Origin: a bacterium
Lineage (GTDB): Bacteria > Patescibacteriota > Minisyncoccia > Phycocordibacterales > UBA5272
Assembly (NCBI GenBank): GCA_043745785.1
Contig: JAYTSG010000004.1
Span: 570-64,569 of the forward strand
Reading direction: 5' to 3'
DNA: 64,000 nt
The notes beneath the pieces were generated by a model. That model searched no databases, was not told the DNA's origin, and was given only the letters and a program-made list of their open reading frames with translations. Positions within the stretch are counted from its first letter, which is position 1. Every line of letters starts with the position of its first letter. The position numbers and the translations under genes were made by a program. Positions 50,913 to 60,691 of this stretch are shown piece by piece.

Positions 50913-51892
50913 CAAAGAGACAAAAAGAAAGACATACTTTCTCACACTCTTGAAACTAAACAAACGTCATCACAAAACCAACCCCAACCCTTGATTCACA
51001 AGATCTTCCAGTGCATCTCTCATTCTCGAAAGAAGTACTTTCAGAACTTTTTCAAAACCATTTACCAATGTTTTAACATCCACAAAGAATGAAAAGTGGC
51101 TCGTAAGATTTTCTCAATCGAAATAAAGTCTACATTTCTCCACCACACTCCAGTCAATCACTCGAATTTTGGTTTTAGGATATCATTCCACTACAGACAG
51201 GATCTGCTCTGCTCTTGTAGGCAACTCAGTCCTCTGCTTCGTATCGTCACCACACCCCCAAGTGAGGGGTAAAAACCATGAAGAACACTTCCACGATGGG
51301 GGCGATGGGTACACGGATCATGAGAAACAAAAACTGGTAGCTTACCTGTGTCTAACACTAGCAAAAAAGGTCTTTCCTCACTCATTTCAGTAAACACTTG
51401 AAGGACCCTCATTAACTAATGAAGCGTGTAGTTTCGTCTACGCTAAATACCGACAACCTTGCTCATATTGTGACAATAAAGTTCCAGGTCAGATACCTTC
51501 CCTCACTCCATTCGTATCGGCGAGGTATCTACAGGAAATGCGGCAGAGACCGCAGGGAATCAAATTTAAAACCTTTCTCTCCACTCAGAGGAACTGTAAA
51601 ACTGTTAAGAACTCTCCAGAAAAACTAGGCTTTTATGAGATTTTTTGCAAATTTTTTTTGAAGGATTCTGGCTTAGCCGTATATGAGATTGACATATCCA
51701 TCTAGTATCTAAAAACTCTTTACTGTTTAAAAATGAGATGCTTAGCCTTGCTACAAGAGGTAGGCAGAGGACTGGTACCATTCCCCAGCATTGGATAATG
51801 TATATACATATATGGTGTTTACTATCAATCACAGATATACATACAAATAATCATCAAAAACAATCACAGTGTTCCTACTTTTGCTTTTATTT

Positions 51893-53086
51893 TTACAAAA
51901 CTGTCGCGATATTCTCAAGAGTAGTAATGCCCGCATACACTTTTTCTAAGGCATCAGTCTTGAGTAATTTGGTACCGCTCGTTACTACATACAGCTCTAG
52001 ATCTGCCATAGACCGGCCTTCCACAATCATAGAGCGGAGTTTTGTATCAAATTCAAGCACTTCAAATATCCCTGTTCTCCCAAAGAAGCCTTTTTTATCA
52101 CATTTTTCACAACCAGCACCATGTACGAAGTGATGTTCTGAAGGGTCGATTTTAAAATGAAGAAGAAATTCTTGCGCTGGTACATACTCTACTTTACAAA
52201 ATTCACAATTCTTTTTAACGAGCCTCGTCGCTATGACACCATTAACGGCATAGGCAACCATGCTCTTCTCTATATTCATATCTATAAGTCTCGCGATAGT
52301 TCCAGCACTAGAATTGGAGTGAAGAGTAGAAAAGACAGTACGTCCGACCAATGCTGCACGCACAGCGTATTCAGCGGTCTCTGCATCGCGAATTTCGCCA
52401 ATCATAATAGTGTCTGGGTCTTGGCGCAAGATAGATTTCATACCTGAAGCAAAAGTAAGTCCTCTATCTGGATTCATTTGTATTTGACGGATTTTATCAA
52501 AACGGAACTCAACAGGATCTTCGAGGGTAATGACATTTTTATCTTCTGCCATGGTTTCATTAAGCACTGCATAGAGAGTAGAGGTTTTACCTGATCCAAC
52601 AGGACCAGTAACAAGCATCATGCCGTTATTTCTTCTTGCTATTCCTCTTACTTTTTCAAGAGTGATTGGATCCATGCCAAGCTGGTCGAGATGTAAGACA
52701 TGCGAAACAGAGTTAGCTATACGAAAAACAGCAGCATCTCCATAAATGGTAGGGAAGACAGAGATACGTATGTCAATAACCATCGGTTTGTTTTTAGCTG
52801 GATCATTATCCTCATACATAAAGTTAAGGGAAAAGTGACCATCTTGAGGAGTAAACACTGACGTTGTATTGAGTTCGGCGAGGACTTTCAAATGAGTGAG
52901 CAGCTGATCATGGTAACTCATTGGAAAACTAATATAAGGCGTCAGTGTTCCATCTACTCTAAACCGTATTCTAACCTCATTGATACTTGGGTCAATATGT
53001 ATATCAGACGCACGACGATTCACACCATCCAAAAACATAGTTCGCACAAAATTAGGAACGTCATTTGAATGAGTGTTTGTTTCCAT
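51893..53086 (-). CDS. Orphan GspE/PilB-family ATPase lacking the N-terminal domain
   Basis: ASDIH, PQDG, GPVGSGKTS, LRQDPD, CxxC...CxxC; start ATG 53086. Confidence 0.92.
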   Translation of the reverse strand: METNTHSNDVPNFVRTMFLDGVNRRASDIHIDPSINEVRIRFRVDGTLTPYISFPMSYHDQLLTHLKVLAELNTTSVFTPQDGHFSLNFMYEDNDPAKNKPMVIDIRISVFPTIYGDAAVFRIANSVSHVLHLDQLGMDPITLEKVRGIARRNNGMMLVTGPVGSGKTSTLYAVLNETMAEDKNVITLEDPVEFRFDKIRQIQMNPDRGLTFASGMKSILRQDPDTIMIGEIRDAETAEYAVRAALVGRTVFSTLHSNSSAGTIARLIDMNIEKSMVAYAVNGVIATRLVKKNCEFCKVEYVPAQEFLLHFKIDPSEHHFVHGAGCEKCDKKGFFGRTGIFEVLEFDTKLRSMIVEGRSMADLELYVVTSGTKLLKTDALEKVYAGITTLENIATVL

Positions 53087-53137
53087 AAAAGGTACTAGTT
53101 CTAGTATAATGAGTTTACAAGAAAAAGCGAGGAAGTT

Positions 53138-53182
53138 GTGAGAAAAAAAGAAATCCGCAAAGCGGATTTCTTTTTTTCTCAC
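53138..53182. terminator. Terminator after rplX
   Basis: GTGAGAAAAAAAGAAATCCGC-aaa-GCGGATTTCTTTTTTTCTCAC. Confidence 0.88.
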
Positions 53183-53191
53183 GTTTTTTTC

Positions 53192-53449
53192 TTACTCAGA
53201 CTTCAACTTTGCAACCTTCTTTTCTGGTTTTGCTTTTTCTTCAATAAGCTTCACATTTGAAATGTGTATTGGTGCCGGCAAGGACACAAGTCCACCTTTC
53301 TCACCTGTTTTTGTTGGCTTTACGTGACGCTTCATGAGATTAAGCCCTTCGATAACAACTTTATCTTGATCACGAAGTACGCGAGCAATAACACCCTTCT
53401 TTCCTTTTTCTTTTCCTGCAATGACTAGTACGGTATCTCCTTTTTTCAT
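53192..53449 (-). CDS. rplX: 50S ribosomal protein L24
   Basis: KKGDTVLVIAGKEKGK, PIHISNV. Confidence 0.97.
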   Translation of the reverse strand: MKKGDTVLVIAGKEKGKKGVIARVLRDQDKVVIEGLNLMKRHVKPTKTGEKGGLVSLPAPIHISNVKLIEEKAKPEKKVAKLKSE

Positions 53450-53454
53450 ATATA

Positions 53455-53835
53455 TTAAATTACTTCAGGTGCAAGTGATGCGATCTTTTTAAATCCGTCG
53501 ACACCCTTCTCTGAAATCTCGCGAGGAATAGGTCCAAAGACGCGCCCTGCTTTTGGCTCTAGTTTATTCTTATCAACAATGACGACTGCATTATCATCGA
53601 AAGAAATATAAGAACCATCTTTACGGCGAAACTGCTTCACCGTGCGTACAACAACAGCGTACACAACATCTTTCTTCTTGACAGTCTTTCTTGGTTCTGC
53701 AACCTTAACGGAAAGTACTACTAAATCACCAAGAGACGCATATCTTCTTTTTGAACCTCCAAGCACCTTAAAGACTCGGCCAAACTTTGCGCCTGAGTTG
53801 TCGGTTATTTTTACATTTGTTCCTGCTTGTATCAT
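53455..53835 (-). CDS. rplN: 50S ribosomal protein L14
   Basis: DNSGA, FDDNAVV, RVFGP, SLAPEV. Confidence 0.98.
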   Translation of the reverse strand: MIQAGTNVKITDNSGAKFGRVFKVLGGSKRRYASLGDLVVLSVKVAEPRKTVKKKDVVYAVVVRTVKQFRRKDGSYISFDDNAVVIVDKNKLEPKAGRVFGPIPREISEKGVDGFKKIASLAPEVI

Positions 53836-53838
53836 ACG

Positions 53839-54105
53839 CTAGTTATTTTCCACCTTACTGATTACTACAAAAGACTTATCTTTTGAAATGGGTTTTGATT
53901 CTGCAATGATGACTTTATCCCCTACTTTATAGGTGTTATTCTCATCATGAGCTTTGTACTTCTTATCTATCTTAAAGTACTTTCCGTATTTCTTGTGCGC
54001 GATAAAGCGAGTCACATTCACGACGACTGTCTTATCCATTTTATCTGATACGACAGATCCCTGTAATGTTTTCTGTATTCCTTTGTTGTGTGTCGTTGTT
54101 GTCAT
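53839..54105 (-). CDS. rpsQ: 30S ribosomal protein S17
   Basis: VVSDKMDKTVVV, KYKAHD, PISKDK. Confidence 0.97.
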   Translation of the reverse strand: MTTTTHNKGIQKTLQGSVVSDKMDKTVVVNVTRFIAHKKYGKYFKIDKKYKAHDENNTYKVGDKVIIAESKPISKDKSFVVISKVENN

Positions 54106-54109
54106 ACCT

Positions 54110-54538
54110 TTAGTTTAAATCTCTTCCAATTACGCGTGTCCTTACGGGAAGCTTTGTTCCTGCTTTTCGAAGTGCTTCGCGGGCAACTTCTTCAGTTACA
54201 CCATCTACTTCAAAAAGTACTCTTCCTGGTTTTACTTGAAAACAGTACCCCTGAAGATCTCCCTTACCTTTACCCATCGGAACTTCAGCCGCTTTCTGTG
54301 TTACTGGTCTGTCTGGGAAGATGCGAATCCAAATCTTTGCTGTCTTGCCTGCATGACGGGTCATAGCTCTTCTTGCTGCTTCGATTTGCTTTGAATCAAT
54401 GCGAGATGGCGTCTCTGCTTTGAGACCAAATGAGCCAAAGGCAACAGTGATACCTCTTGTCTCAGGACGCGCTAGCTTTGCTTCTGAAAGCCTTGCTGTC
54501 TGCCACTTTCGATGTTTAACTTTTTTTGGGAATAACAT
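54110..54538 (-). CDS. rplP: 50S ribosomal protein L16
   Basis: QIEAARR, WIRIFPD, MGKGKG. Confidence 0.98.
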   Translation of the reverse strand: MLFPKKVKHRKWQTARLSEAKLARPETRGITVAFGSFGLKAETPSRIDSKQIEAARRAMTRHAGKTAKIWIRIFPDRPVTQKAAEVPMGKGKGDLQGYCFQVKPGRVLFEVDGVTEEVAREALRKAGTKLPVRTRVIGRDLN

Positions 54539-54563
54539 ACTCGCTTCTTAAATTACTGATTAA

Positions 54564-55232
54564 TTATTTTGTCTCCTTCTTACCATCATACTTCATACCT
54601 CTGTATATCCACACTTTCACACCAATAACACCGTAGGTCATATTAGCTCTTTCTTTAGCAAAAGAAATATCAGCGCGAAGTGTCTGAAGCGGAATACCTC
54701 CTCGCTTTATTTCTTCACGGCGAGCCATTTCAGCTCCTCCTAGGCGTCCTGATACTGCAATACGAGCTCCCTTCACATCACGATTAGCCATTACCTTTTC
54801 GATAGTAGTCTTAAGGACACGACGGAAAGGAAGACGTTTCTCGATAGCTTCAGTAACCATCCATGCCACGATAGCCGCATCAGCTTCTGGACTGTTTACT
54901 TCTACGATATCTATCTTAACATCAGGAAGAACCAGCTTATGACGGGCAATTTCTTTTTTAAGAGAAAGCTTAAGGTCTTCAATACCCTTTCCTTCGCGAC
55001 CAATAATCATTCCTGGGCGTGAAGTATGTATAGCGATGCGATATTGCTTTGCACTTCTCTCGATATCAACGGTTGCAACATAACTACCACGAAGTTTCTT
55101 GTCAAGAAAACGGCGTAGCAGAATATCTGCTTTAAGATGTGAAGCATACTGATCTTTATCGGCGAACCAGCGGCTCTTCCAGTCACGAATGATACCGAGG
55201 CGGTGGGCGTATGGATGTACTACGTGTGTCAT
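54564..55232 (-). CDS. rpsC: 30S ribosomal protein S3
   Basis: RPGMIIG, GRLGGAEMAR, PLQTLRADI, GVKVWI. Confidence 0.98.
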   Translation of the reverse strand: MTHVVHPYAHRLGIIRDWKSRWFADKDQYASHLKADILLRRFLDKKLRGSYVATVDIERSAKQYRIAIHTSRPGMIIGREGKGIEDLKLSLKKEIARHKLVLPDVKIDIVEVNSPEADAAIVAWMVTEAIEKRLPFRRVLKTTIEKVMANRDVKGARIAVSGRLGGAEMARREEIKRGGIPLQTLRADISFAKERANMTYGVIGVKVWIYRGMKYDGKKETK

Positions 55233-55246
55233 GTTATTATATAAAA

Positions 55247-55582
55247 TTATTTTGTTTTCTTGTCAGCAACCTTTTCACCAAGTTCAATAACAACTTTTGA
55301 AGTATGCTTATGAATAGGGAAGGCTCGACCCATAGCTCTTGGCATAAATCTTTTAAGAACAACTCCCTTATCAACGCGAGCTGATTTTATAAAAAGAGCA
55401 CTCGCCTCTTTTCCAGAGTTAGCAACAGCTGAAGCAAGTAGCTTTCTGATAGGAAGAGCTCCACGCTTAATAAGTCTGTTTAAGATAGCGTCTGCTTCGA
55501 CGGCTCCTTTACCGCTAACAAGAGACGTGACGAGACGGACCTTGCGTGGTGATTGACGATAGTTGTTAAGATATGCTTTCAT
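55247..55582 (-). CDS. rplV: 50S ribosomal protein L22
   Basis: SPRKVRLV, SAVAN, PRAMGRA. Confidence 0.97.
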   Translation of the reverse strand: MKAYLNNYRQSPRKVRLVTSLVSGKGAVEADAILNRLIKRGALPIRKLLASAVANSGKEASALFIKSARVDKGVVLKRFMPRAMGRAFPIHKHTSKVVIELGEKVADKKTK

Positions 55583-55609
55583 GTTTTTTGTATAAGTGAT
55601 TCGTTAAGA

Positions 55610-55960
55610 CTATTTCTTCTTGGTCTTAGTATCAGTAGTTGCCTTTGCTTGCTTTGCTGCATCGATTTCAGATTGCTTCTTCTTCTGGTCAATTTCCTTT
55701 TGCATCTTACCTCCATGTCTTACGAATTTGCGGGTTGGTGAAAATTCACCCAACTTATGACCGACCATGTCTTCAGTGATAAAGACAGGAATATGCTCTT
55801 TGCCATTATAGACTCCAAAACTGAAGCCGACCATCTCTGGTGAGATGTCGCAAGCGCGTATCCATGTCTTAATAACGCCTGTGCTTTCTGGGCGTTTGCC
55901 GAGTACTTTTTTGAGTACTCGTTCATCGACATATGGGCCTTTTTTAAGTGATCGTGTCAT
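55610..55960 (-). CDS. rpsS: 30S ribosomal protein S19
   Basis: [20 protein letters not shown]. Confidence 0.98.
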   Translation of the reverse strand: MTRSLKKGPYVDERVLKKVLGKRPESTGVIKTWIRACDISPEMVGFSFGVYNGKEHIPVFITEDMVGHKLGEFSPTRKFVRHGGKMQKEIDQKKKQSEIDAAKQAKATTDTKTKKK

Positions 55961-55978
55961 AGCTGTGATTGGGTATTA

Positions 55979-56006
55979 ATTCTAACAAATTTTAGTGTAA
56001 AGTCAA
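55979..56006 (-). promoter_or_regulatory. Putative internal promoter before rpsS
   Basis: TTGACT-16nt-TAGAAT with extended TG in the rplB-rpsS gap. Confidence 0.5.
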
Positions 56007-56022
56007 TGGTTTTTGAGGATTC

Positions 56023-56859
56023 TTATTTCTTTCCTACTTTTCTTCTCGAAACAATGTGCACATTTGAGTACTTCTTCGGGCTTCTTGTCTTTCTTCCGCC
56101 AGTAACTTTACCTTGCTTTGTCTTCGGACGCTTGGTACCTCGTGGTGCTTTTCCTTCACCTCCTCCATAAGGGTGATCTACGGCGTTCTTGGCCATTGCT
56201 CTGGTCTTTGGTCTCCAACCAAGATGGCGGGCACGCCCTGCCTTACCGAGATTACGAAGTCTGTACTCTTCATTGGAAACTTCTCCAATACAAGCAGAGC
56301 AAAGATCGCGTATCTTTCTTACTTCTGTTGAAGGAAGTTTAACTGAAGTGAATCCTCCATCATGAGCCACCACTTGAGCAAAGACTCCAGCTGAACGAAC
56401 AAGCTTTGATCCTGAGCCAGGATGTAATTCAATATTATAAATGTAAGTACCTACGGGAATATTCTTGAGCGCAGTACGGTTTCCTGGTTCTAGTGGAGCT
56501 TCATCTCCTACTTGGAAAGTGCTACCTACTTTCACTGATTGTGGAAGGAGCACATAACGCTTCTCACCATCCATATAACAAACAAGTCCAATAAAGCCTG
56601 ATCTGTTTGGATCGTACTCTACGGTCTCAATCTTAGCTTTTATACCAATCTTGTTGTAGGAAAAGTCAATATCTCTAAAAGAGCGCTTATGTCCTCCTCC
56701 TCTTGCTTGACTGGTGATTCTTCCAAACGCATTGCGTCCTGATCCTCGGCGAAAACCTTTAGTGAGTGGCTTATACGGCTCATTGGTCGTCAGTACACCA
56801 CGATAGGTGACCGTTGCCATGTTTCTCCTTGATGGGGTAGTTGGTTTATATGTCTTCAT
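56023..56859 (-). CDS. rplB: 50S ribosomal protein L2
   Basis: EYDPNRS, RSAG, DHPYGGGEG. Confidence 0.98.
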   Translation of the reverse strand: MKTYKPTTPSRRNMATVTYRGVLTTNEPYKPLTKGFRRGSGRNAFGRITSQARGGGHKRSFRDIDFSYNKIGIKAKIETVEYDPNRSGFIGLVCYMDGEKRYVLLPQSVKVGSTFQVGDEAPLEPGNRTALKNIPVGTYIYNIELHPGSGSKLVRSAGVFAQVVAHDGGFTSVKLPSTEVRKIRDLCSACIGEVSNEEYRLRNLGKAGRARHLGWRPKTRAMAKNAVDHPYGGGEGKAPRGTKRPKTKQGKVTGGRKTRSPKKYSNVHIVSRRKVGKK

Positions 56860-56869
56860 ACGTGGTTAC

Positions 56870-57178
56870 TTATGCGAGTTTAATAGAGTCACCTTTCTTT
56901 AAAAAGACGATAGCTTTTTTTAGTTGTGATGACATACCCCACTTACCACGAACAAACACTCTTTGGGAAGGTATATTCGTAATGTTGATACGCTTTGGAG
57001 ATACTTTGTAGGTAACTTTTATCTCATCAGCGAGAGTGAGCTTGGTAGATTCAGTTCTTACATCAAAAGTGTAAGCGTTTTGATTTCCCTGTAGTGAAGC
57101 TTTCTCCGTGAGGCGTGGTGCCAGAATAAGCTTCTTTACTTCGTCTTCTTTCTTAGTTGTCAGTTCTTTTTTTGCCAT
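56870..57178 (-). CDS. rplW: 50S ribosomal protein L23
   Basis: PRLTEKA, YTFDV, KKAIV.LKKG. Confidence 0.95.
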   Translation of the reverse strand: MAKKELTTKKEDEVKKLILAPRLTEKASLQGNQNAYTFDVRTESTKLTLADEIKVTYKVSPKRINITNIPSQRVFVRGKWGMSSQLKKAIVFLKKGDSIKLA

Positions 57179-57190
57179 AGATAGTAAAAA

Positions 57191-57853
57191 TTAAGCGATT
57201 TTCTTAGAAAGAAGCGCAATGGTCTCTTCTGGGTTAGTAATAACGAGGTAACGAGTATTCGCAAGATCAAGAGGGTTGAGATTCGAGATGTTGGTTAGAG
57301 TTACATACGGAAGATTACGGAAACCTTTCTTTTCAGCATCTCCTAACTTTGGAGAGGTCATCATAACATTTCCGATTTTCTTGTATGCAAGGTTCTTGAA
57401 AGTTGTTCCTTCTGCAAGGTTTTTCATGATAGTTTCAGCAGATTTTGTTTTACCATCAACTGCAGAAATACCATCAACAAAGAGAACTTTACCTTCCTTC
57501 ACTTTTGCAGAGAGCAGAGTAAAGAGTGCTGCACGATTCATAGAATCAGTGAGTACGCGTTTGTAATTCTTGTCATTACGTGGCCCATGGGTAACACCAC
57601 CGTGTCTCCAAAGTGGGGAACGTGATGAACCGTGACGAGCACGTCCTGTCCCTTTTTGTGCCCATGGTTTCTTTCCACCACCAGACACTTCACTTCTATC
57701 TTTAGTGTGAGCGGTGCCAGCACGGCGGTTTGAACCTTGAATATAAAGTACTTGGGAGACAAGGTCTCCATTCCACTTTACTCCAAAGAGTTCTTCCGGA
57801 AGCATAAGCTTCTTTGATTCTTTACCTTCTTGTGTATATACTGCTACTTCCAT
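57191..57853 (-). CDS. rplD: 50S ribosomal protein L4
   Basis: KPWAQKGTGRARHGS..SPLW..GG. Confidence 0.98.
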   Translation of the reverse strand: MEVAVYTQEGKESKKLMLPEELFGVKWNGDLVSQVLYIQGSNRRAGTAHTKDRSEVSGGGKKPWAQKGTGRARHGSSRSPLWRHGGVTHGPRNDKNYKRVLTDSMNRAALFTLLSAKVKEGKVLFVDGISAVDGKTKSAETIMKNLAEGTTFKNLAYKKIGNVMMTSPKLGDAEKKGFRNLPYVTLTNISNLNPLDLANTRYLVITNPEETIALLSKKIA

Positions 57854-57855
57854 AT

Positions 57856-58461
57856 CTATCCTTTAATTTCAACTAATGTTCCCCTCTTACCTGCAACCGC
57901 TCCTTTGACAAGAATAAAGCCATTCTCGAGGTCAATATCGAGAATTTCTCTATTCTTTTCAGTAACACGGTCACTACCCATTCTTCCTGGCATTCTTTTT
58001 CCACGGTTAACTCTCTGCTGACCAGTCGAACCAATAGAACCAACTTCACGCATTGAGTGTTTCTGTCCGTGCTGATGCCAACCTCCATGCATACCATGGA
58101 GTTTCATAACTCCCTGAAAACCTTTACCCTTTGACACTGATGAGACAGAGACAATATCTCCTGCTGAAAAAATATCTGCTGCAATAGTAGCACCGACAGC
58201 TAAATCTCCTGGTGACGTACGAAACTCTTTGACTACTTTATAGCCTTGACCCTTGAAGTGGCCAAGTTCAGCTTTTGAGACACGTGATTCTTTTTGTTTG
58301 AAGACAGCAACCTGAATGGCATCGTAACCATCTTTTCCATCAGCGCGCTTGATGCTGGTCACAGACAATGGCTCACAAGTGAGCACTGTCGCGGCAAACA
58401 CTCTCCCGTCTTCGGAGAAAAACTGTGTCATGCTGGACTTTTTTGCTAGAGTAAATTTCAT
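57856..58461 (-). CDS. rplC: 50S ribosomal protein L3
   Basis: DGYDAIQ, SKGKGFQG, GSIG, MPGRMG. Confidence 0.97.
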   Translation of the reverse strand: MKFTLAKKSSMTQFFSEDGRVFAATVLTCEPLSVTSIKRADGKDGYDAIQVAVFKQKESRVSKAELGHFKGQGYKVVKEFRTSPGDLAVGATIAADIFSAGDIVSVSSVSKGKGFQGVMKLHGMHGGWHQHGQKHSMREVGSIGSTGQQRVNRGKRMPGRMGSDRVTEKNREILDIDLENGFILVKGAVAGKRGTLVEIKG

Positions 58462-58482
58462 ACAGTACTAATAGGGATTTTG

Positions 58483-58845
58483 TTAAGCCATCTTGACGTC
58501 AACGTCGACGCCGGATGGAAGGGAAAGGTTAGTGAGAGCTTCGATAAGCTTCGGACTTGGATTGACAATGTCAATGAGTCTCTTGTGGGTTCTCATCTCG
58601 AATTGCTCACGAGCATCTTTGTAGATGAAGGAGGAACGGTTGACCGTATACTTCTTTATTTCTGTTGGAAGTGGTATTGGTCCGAGTATGACTGCTTCAA
58701 ATCGTCTTGCTGTATCGATGATTTGCTTGACTGAAGCATCGAGAATCTTACTTTCGTAAGCTCTCACGCGGATTCTGAGTTTTTGCACATCAGAAACAGC
58801 TGCTGCTTTTTGCTTTTTTGGAGTTGTAGTTGCTGGAGCGCTCAT
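58483..58845 (-). CDS. rpsJ: 30S ribosomal protein S10
   Basis: [22 protein letters not shown]. Confidence 0.98.
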   Translation of the reverse strand: MSAPATTTPKKQKAAAVSDVQKLRIRVRAYESKILDASVKQIIDTARRFEAVILGPIPLPTEIKKYTVNRSSFIYKDAREQFEMRTHKRLIDIVNPSPKLIEALTNLSLPSGVDVDVKMA

Positions 58846-58874
58846 GGGAGTAATAAATAAAGGGGAAACAAAAA

Positions 58875-60071
58875 CTATGCGATAATCTTAGTGACGACAC
58901 CTGCCCCGACAGTCTTGCCTCCTTCACGGATAGCAAAGCGCTGTTGTTCTTCAAGAGCGATAGGAGCGTGAAGCTTCACGGTAAACTTTACGGTATCTCC
59001 TGGCATGACCATTTCTGTTCCTGCAGGAAGAGTTACTTCACCAGTAACATCAGTAGTACGTACGTAGAACTGTGGCTTGTAACCATTGAGAAATGGTGTA
59101 TGACGACCACCTTCATCTTTCTTAAGAATATATACTTCACATTCGAAATCTGTATGAGGCTTGACGGTACCTGGCTTACAAAGTACCTGACCACGCATGA
59201 TATCTTCTTTCTTGATACCACGGATAAGTATACCCGCGTTATCACCTGCTTGACCTTCTGAGAGAGACTTGTTGAACATTTCAATACCCGTAACAGTAGT
59301 AGTCACTGTATCCTTGAGACCGACAATTTCTACTGTGTCGTTAATTTTAAGAAGCCCACGTTCAATTTTACCAGTAACAACAGTACCACGTCCTTCAATG
59401 GTGAAGATATCTTCAACAGGCATAAGGAAAGGCTTTGCAACGTCACGAATAGGAACTGGAATGTAGTTATCGAGAGCATCCATTAGTTCTACTACTTTCT
59501 TTGCCCATGGATCATCGAGAGATGTCGCAACAGAAGCTTTCAGTCCAGATCCTCTGATAATTGGAGTAGTAACACCATCAAAGCCTTGCTTTGTAAGGAG
59601 TTCTCGGATTTCTTCTTCAACGAGTTCGATCATTTCTTCATCATCAACCATGTCACACTTGTTGAGGAAGACGACGATTTTTGGCACACCCACCTGCTTG
59701 GCAAGGAGAATGTGTTCACGAGTCTGTGGCATAGGACCATCAGTTGCTGCAACAACGAGTATAGCACCGTCCATTTGTGCGGCACCGGTGATCATGTTCT
59801 TGATATAGTCAGCATGCCCTGGTGCATCGATATGAGCGTAGTGGCGAGCCTTAGTCCAGTATTCTGAGTGAGAAAGTGAAATAGTGATACCACGAGCTTT
59901 TTCTTCTGGAGCCTTGTCGATATCATCAACACCCTTCACTTTAATGGTTGGATCCATGAGGTGAAGTACGTTAAGGATAGCCGCGGTAAGAGTTGTCTTT
60001 CCGTGGTCTACGTGCCCGATGGTTCCTACGTTTACGTGTGGTTTGTCGCGATTGAATTCTATTGCTGCCAT
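58875..60071 (-). CDS. tuf: Elongation factor Tu
   Basis: [34 protein letters not shown]; start ATG 60071. Confidence 0.99.
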   Translation of the reverse strand: MAAIEFNRDKPHVNVGTIGHVDHGKTTLTAAILNVLHLMDPTIKVKGVDDIDKAPEEKARGITISLSHSEYWTKARHYAHIDAPGHADYIKNMITGAAQMDGAILVVAATDGPMPQTREHILLAKQVGVPKIVVFLNKCDMVDDEEMIELVEEEIRELLTKQGFDGVTTPIIRGSGLKASVATSLDDPWAKKVVELMDALDNYIPVPIRDVAKPFLMPVEDIFTIEGRGTVVTGKIERGLLKINDTVEIVGLKDTVTTTVTGIEMFNKSLSEGQAGDNAGILIRGIKKEDIMRGQVLCKPGTVKPHTDFECEVYILKKDEGGRHTPFLNGYKPQFYVRTTDVTGEVTLPAGTEMVMPGDTVKFTVKLHAPIALEEQQRFAIREGGKTVGAGVVTKIIA

Positions 60072-60192
60072 ATGTTTTTGTATAGTCATGCCTCCCAAGA
60101 AATAATTTCTTGGTGGTAGTAGACTTTTAAATTAAAATTGAATAAAAATACACTTAGCCAAGCGGACACATAGAGAAATGCTAAGTGGTAGA

Positions 60193-60221
60193 ATTATAGC
60201 ACGCTCTTTACACATTTGCAA
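60193..60221 (-). promoter_or_regulatory. Promoter of tuf-S10 operon
   Basis: TTGCAA-17nt-TATAAT with extended TG. Confidence 0.65.
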
Positions 60222-60261
60222 GACAAGACCTCATCTTACTCTTATGCTGACAGCCAAGATA

Positions 60262-60298
60262 AATACAAGCGCGGTTCCTGCGGAACCGCGCTTGTATT
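60262..60298. terminator. Terminator after the 60395-60682 gene
   Basis: AATACAAGCGCGGTTCC-tgc-GGAACCGCGCTTGTATT. Confidence 0.8.
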
Positions 60299-60394
60299 CT
60301 ATCCCCTTTTACTCTCACTCATTCTCTTTTTTCTCCACTTTTTCGCAACTCTTTTATCCACTTACTCAAAAAGCTTGAGTAATACTCTAAAATC

Positions 60395-60682
60395 TTAGAC
60401 TTCTTGATACGTCGCTATCACTTCTTTACTGCTTTCTGCAACGAAAGCATCCAAATTGGGCACTTCTGCTTGAAAAAAGGCTTGGAGTGCTACGTTATCC
60501 GCACTTTGTAGTACCGTGTCAAAGCGTATGATTTGCTCATCTGAAAGAGACTCAGCGACTTTCAAAAAAATAGTTTGCAAAATAATACCTCCGAGAGCAG
60601 AAACAATTTTCTCTACCTCTTCTTGCGATTTTCCTTCTAAAGATAGTGCTTTGACTATTTGTTGTTGTATTTCTGGGGTCAT
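60395..60682 (-). CDS. Small CPR helical protein (DUF5663-like)
   Basis: L.LEG...EE...LSDEQ...F...VPNLD..V pattern. Confidence 0.65.
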   Translation of the reverse strand: MTPEIQQQIVKALSLEGKSQEEVEKIVSALGGIILQTIFLKVAESLSDEQIIRFDTVLQSADNVALQAFFQAEVPNLDAFVAESSKEVIATYQEV

Positions 60683-60691
60683 GATATTGCT

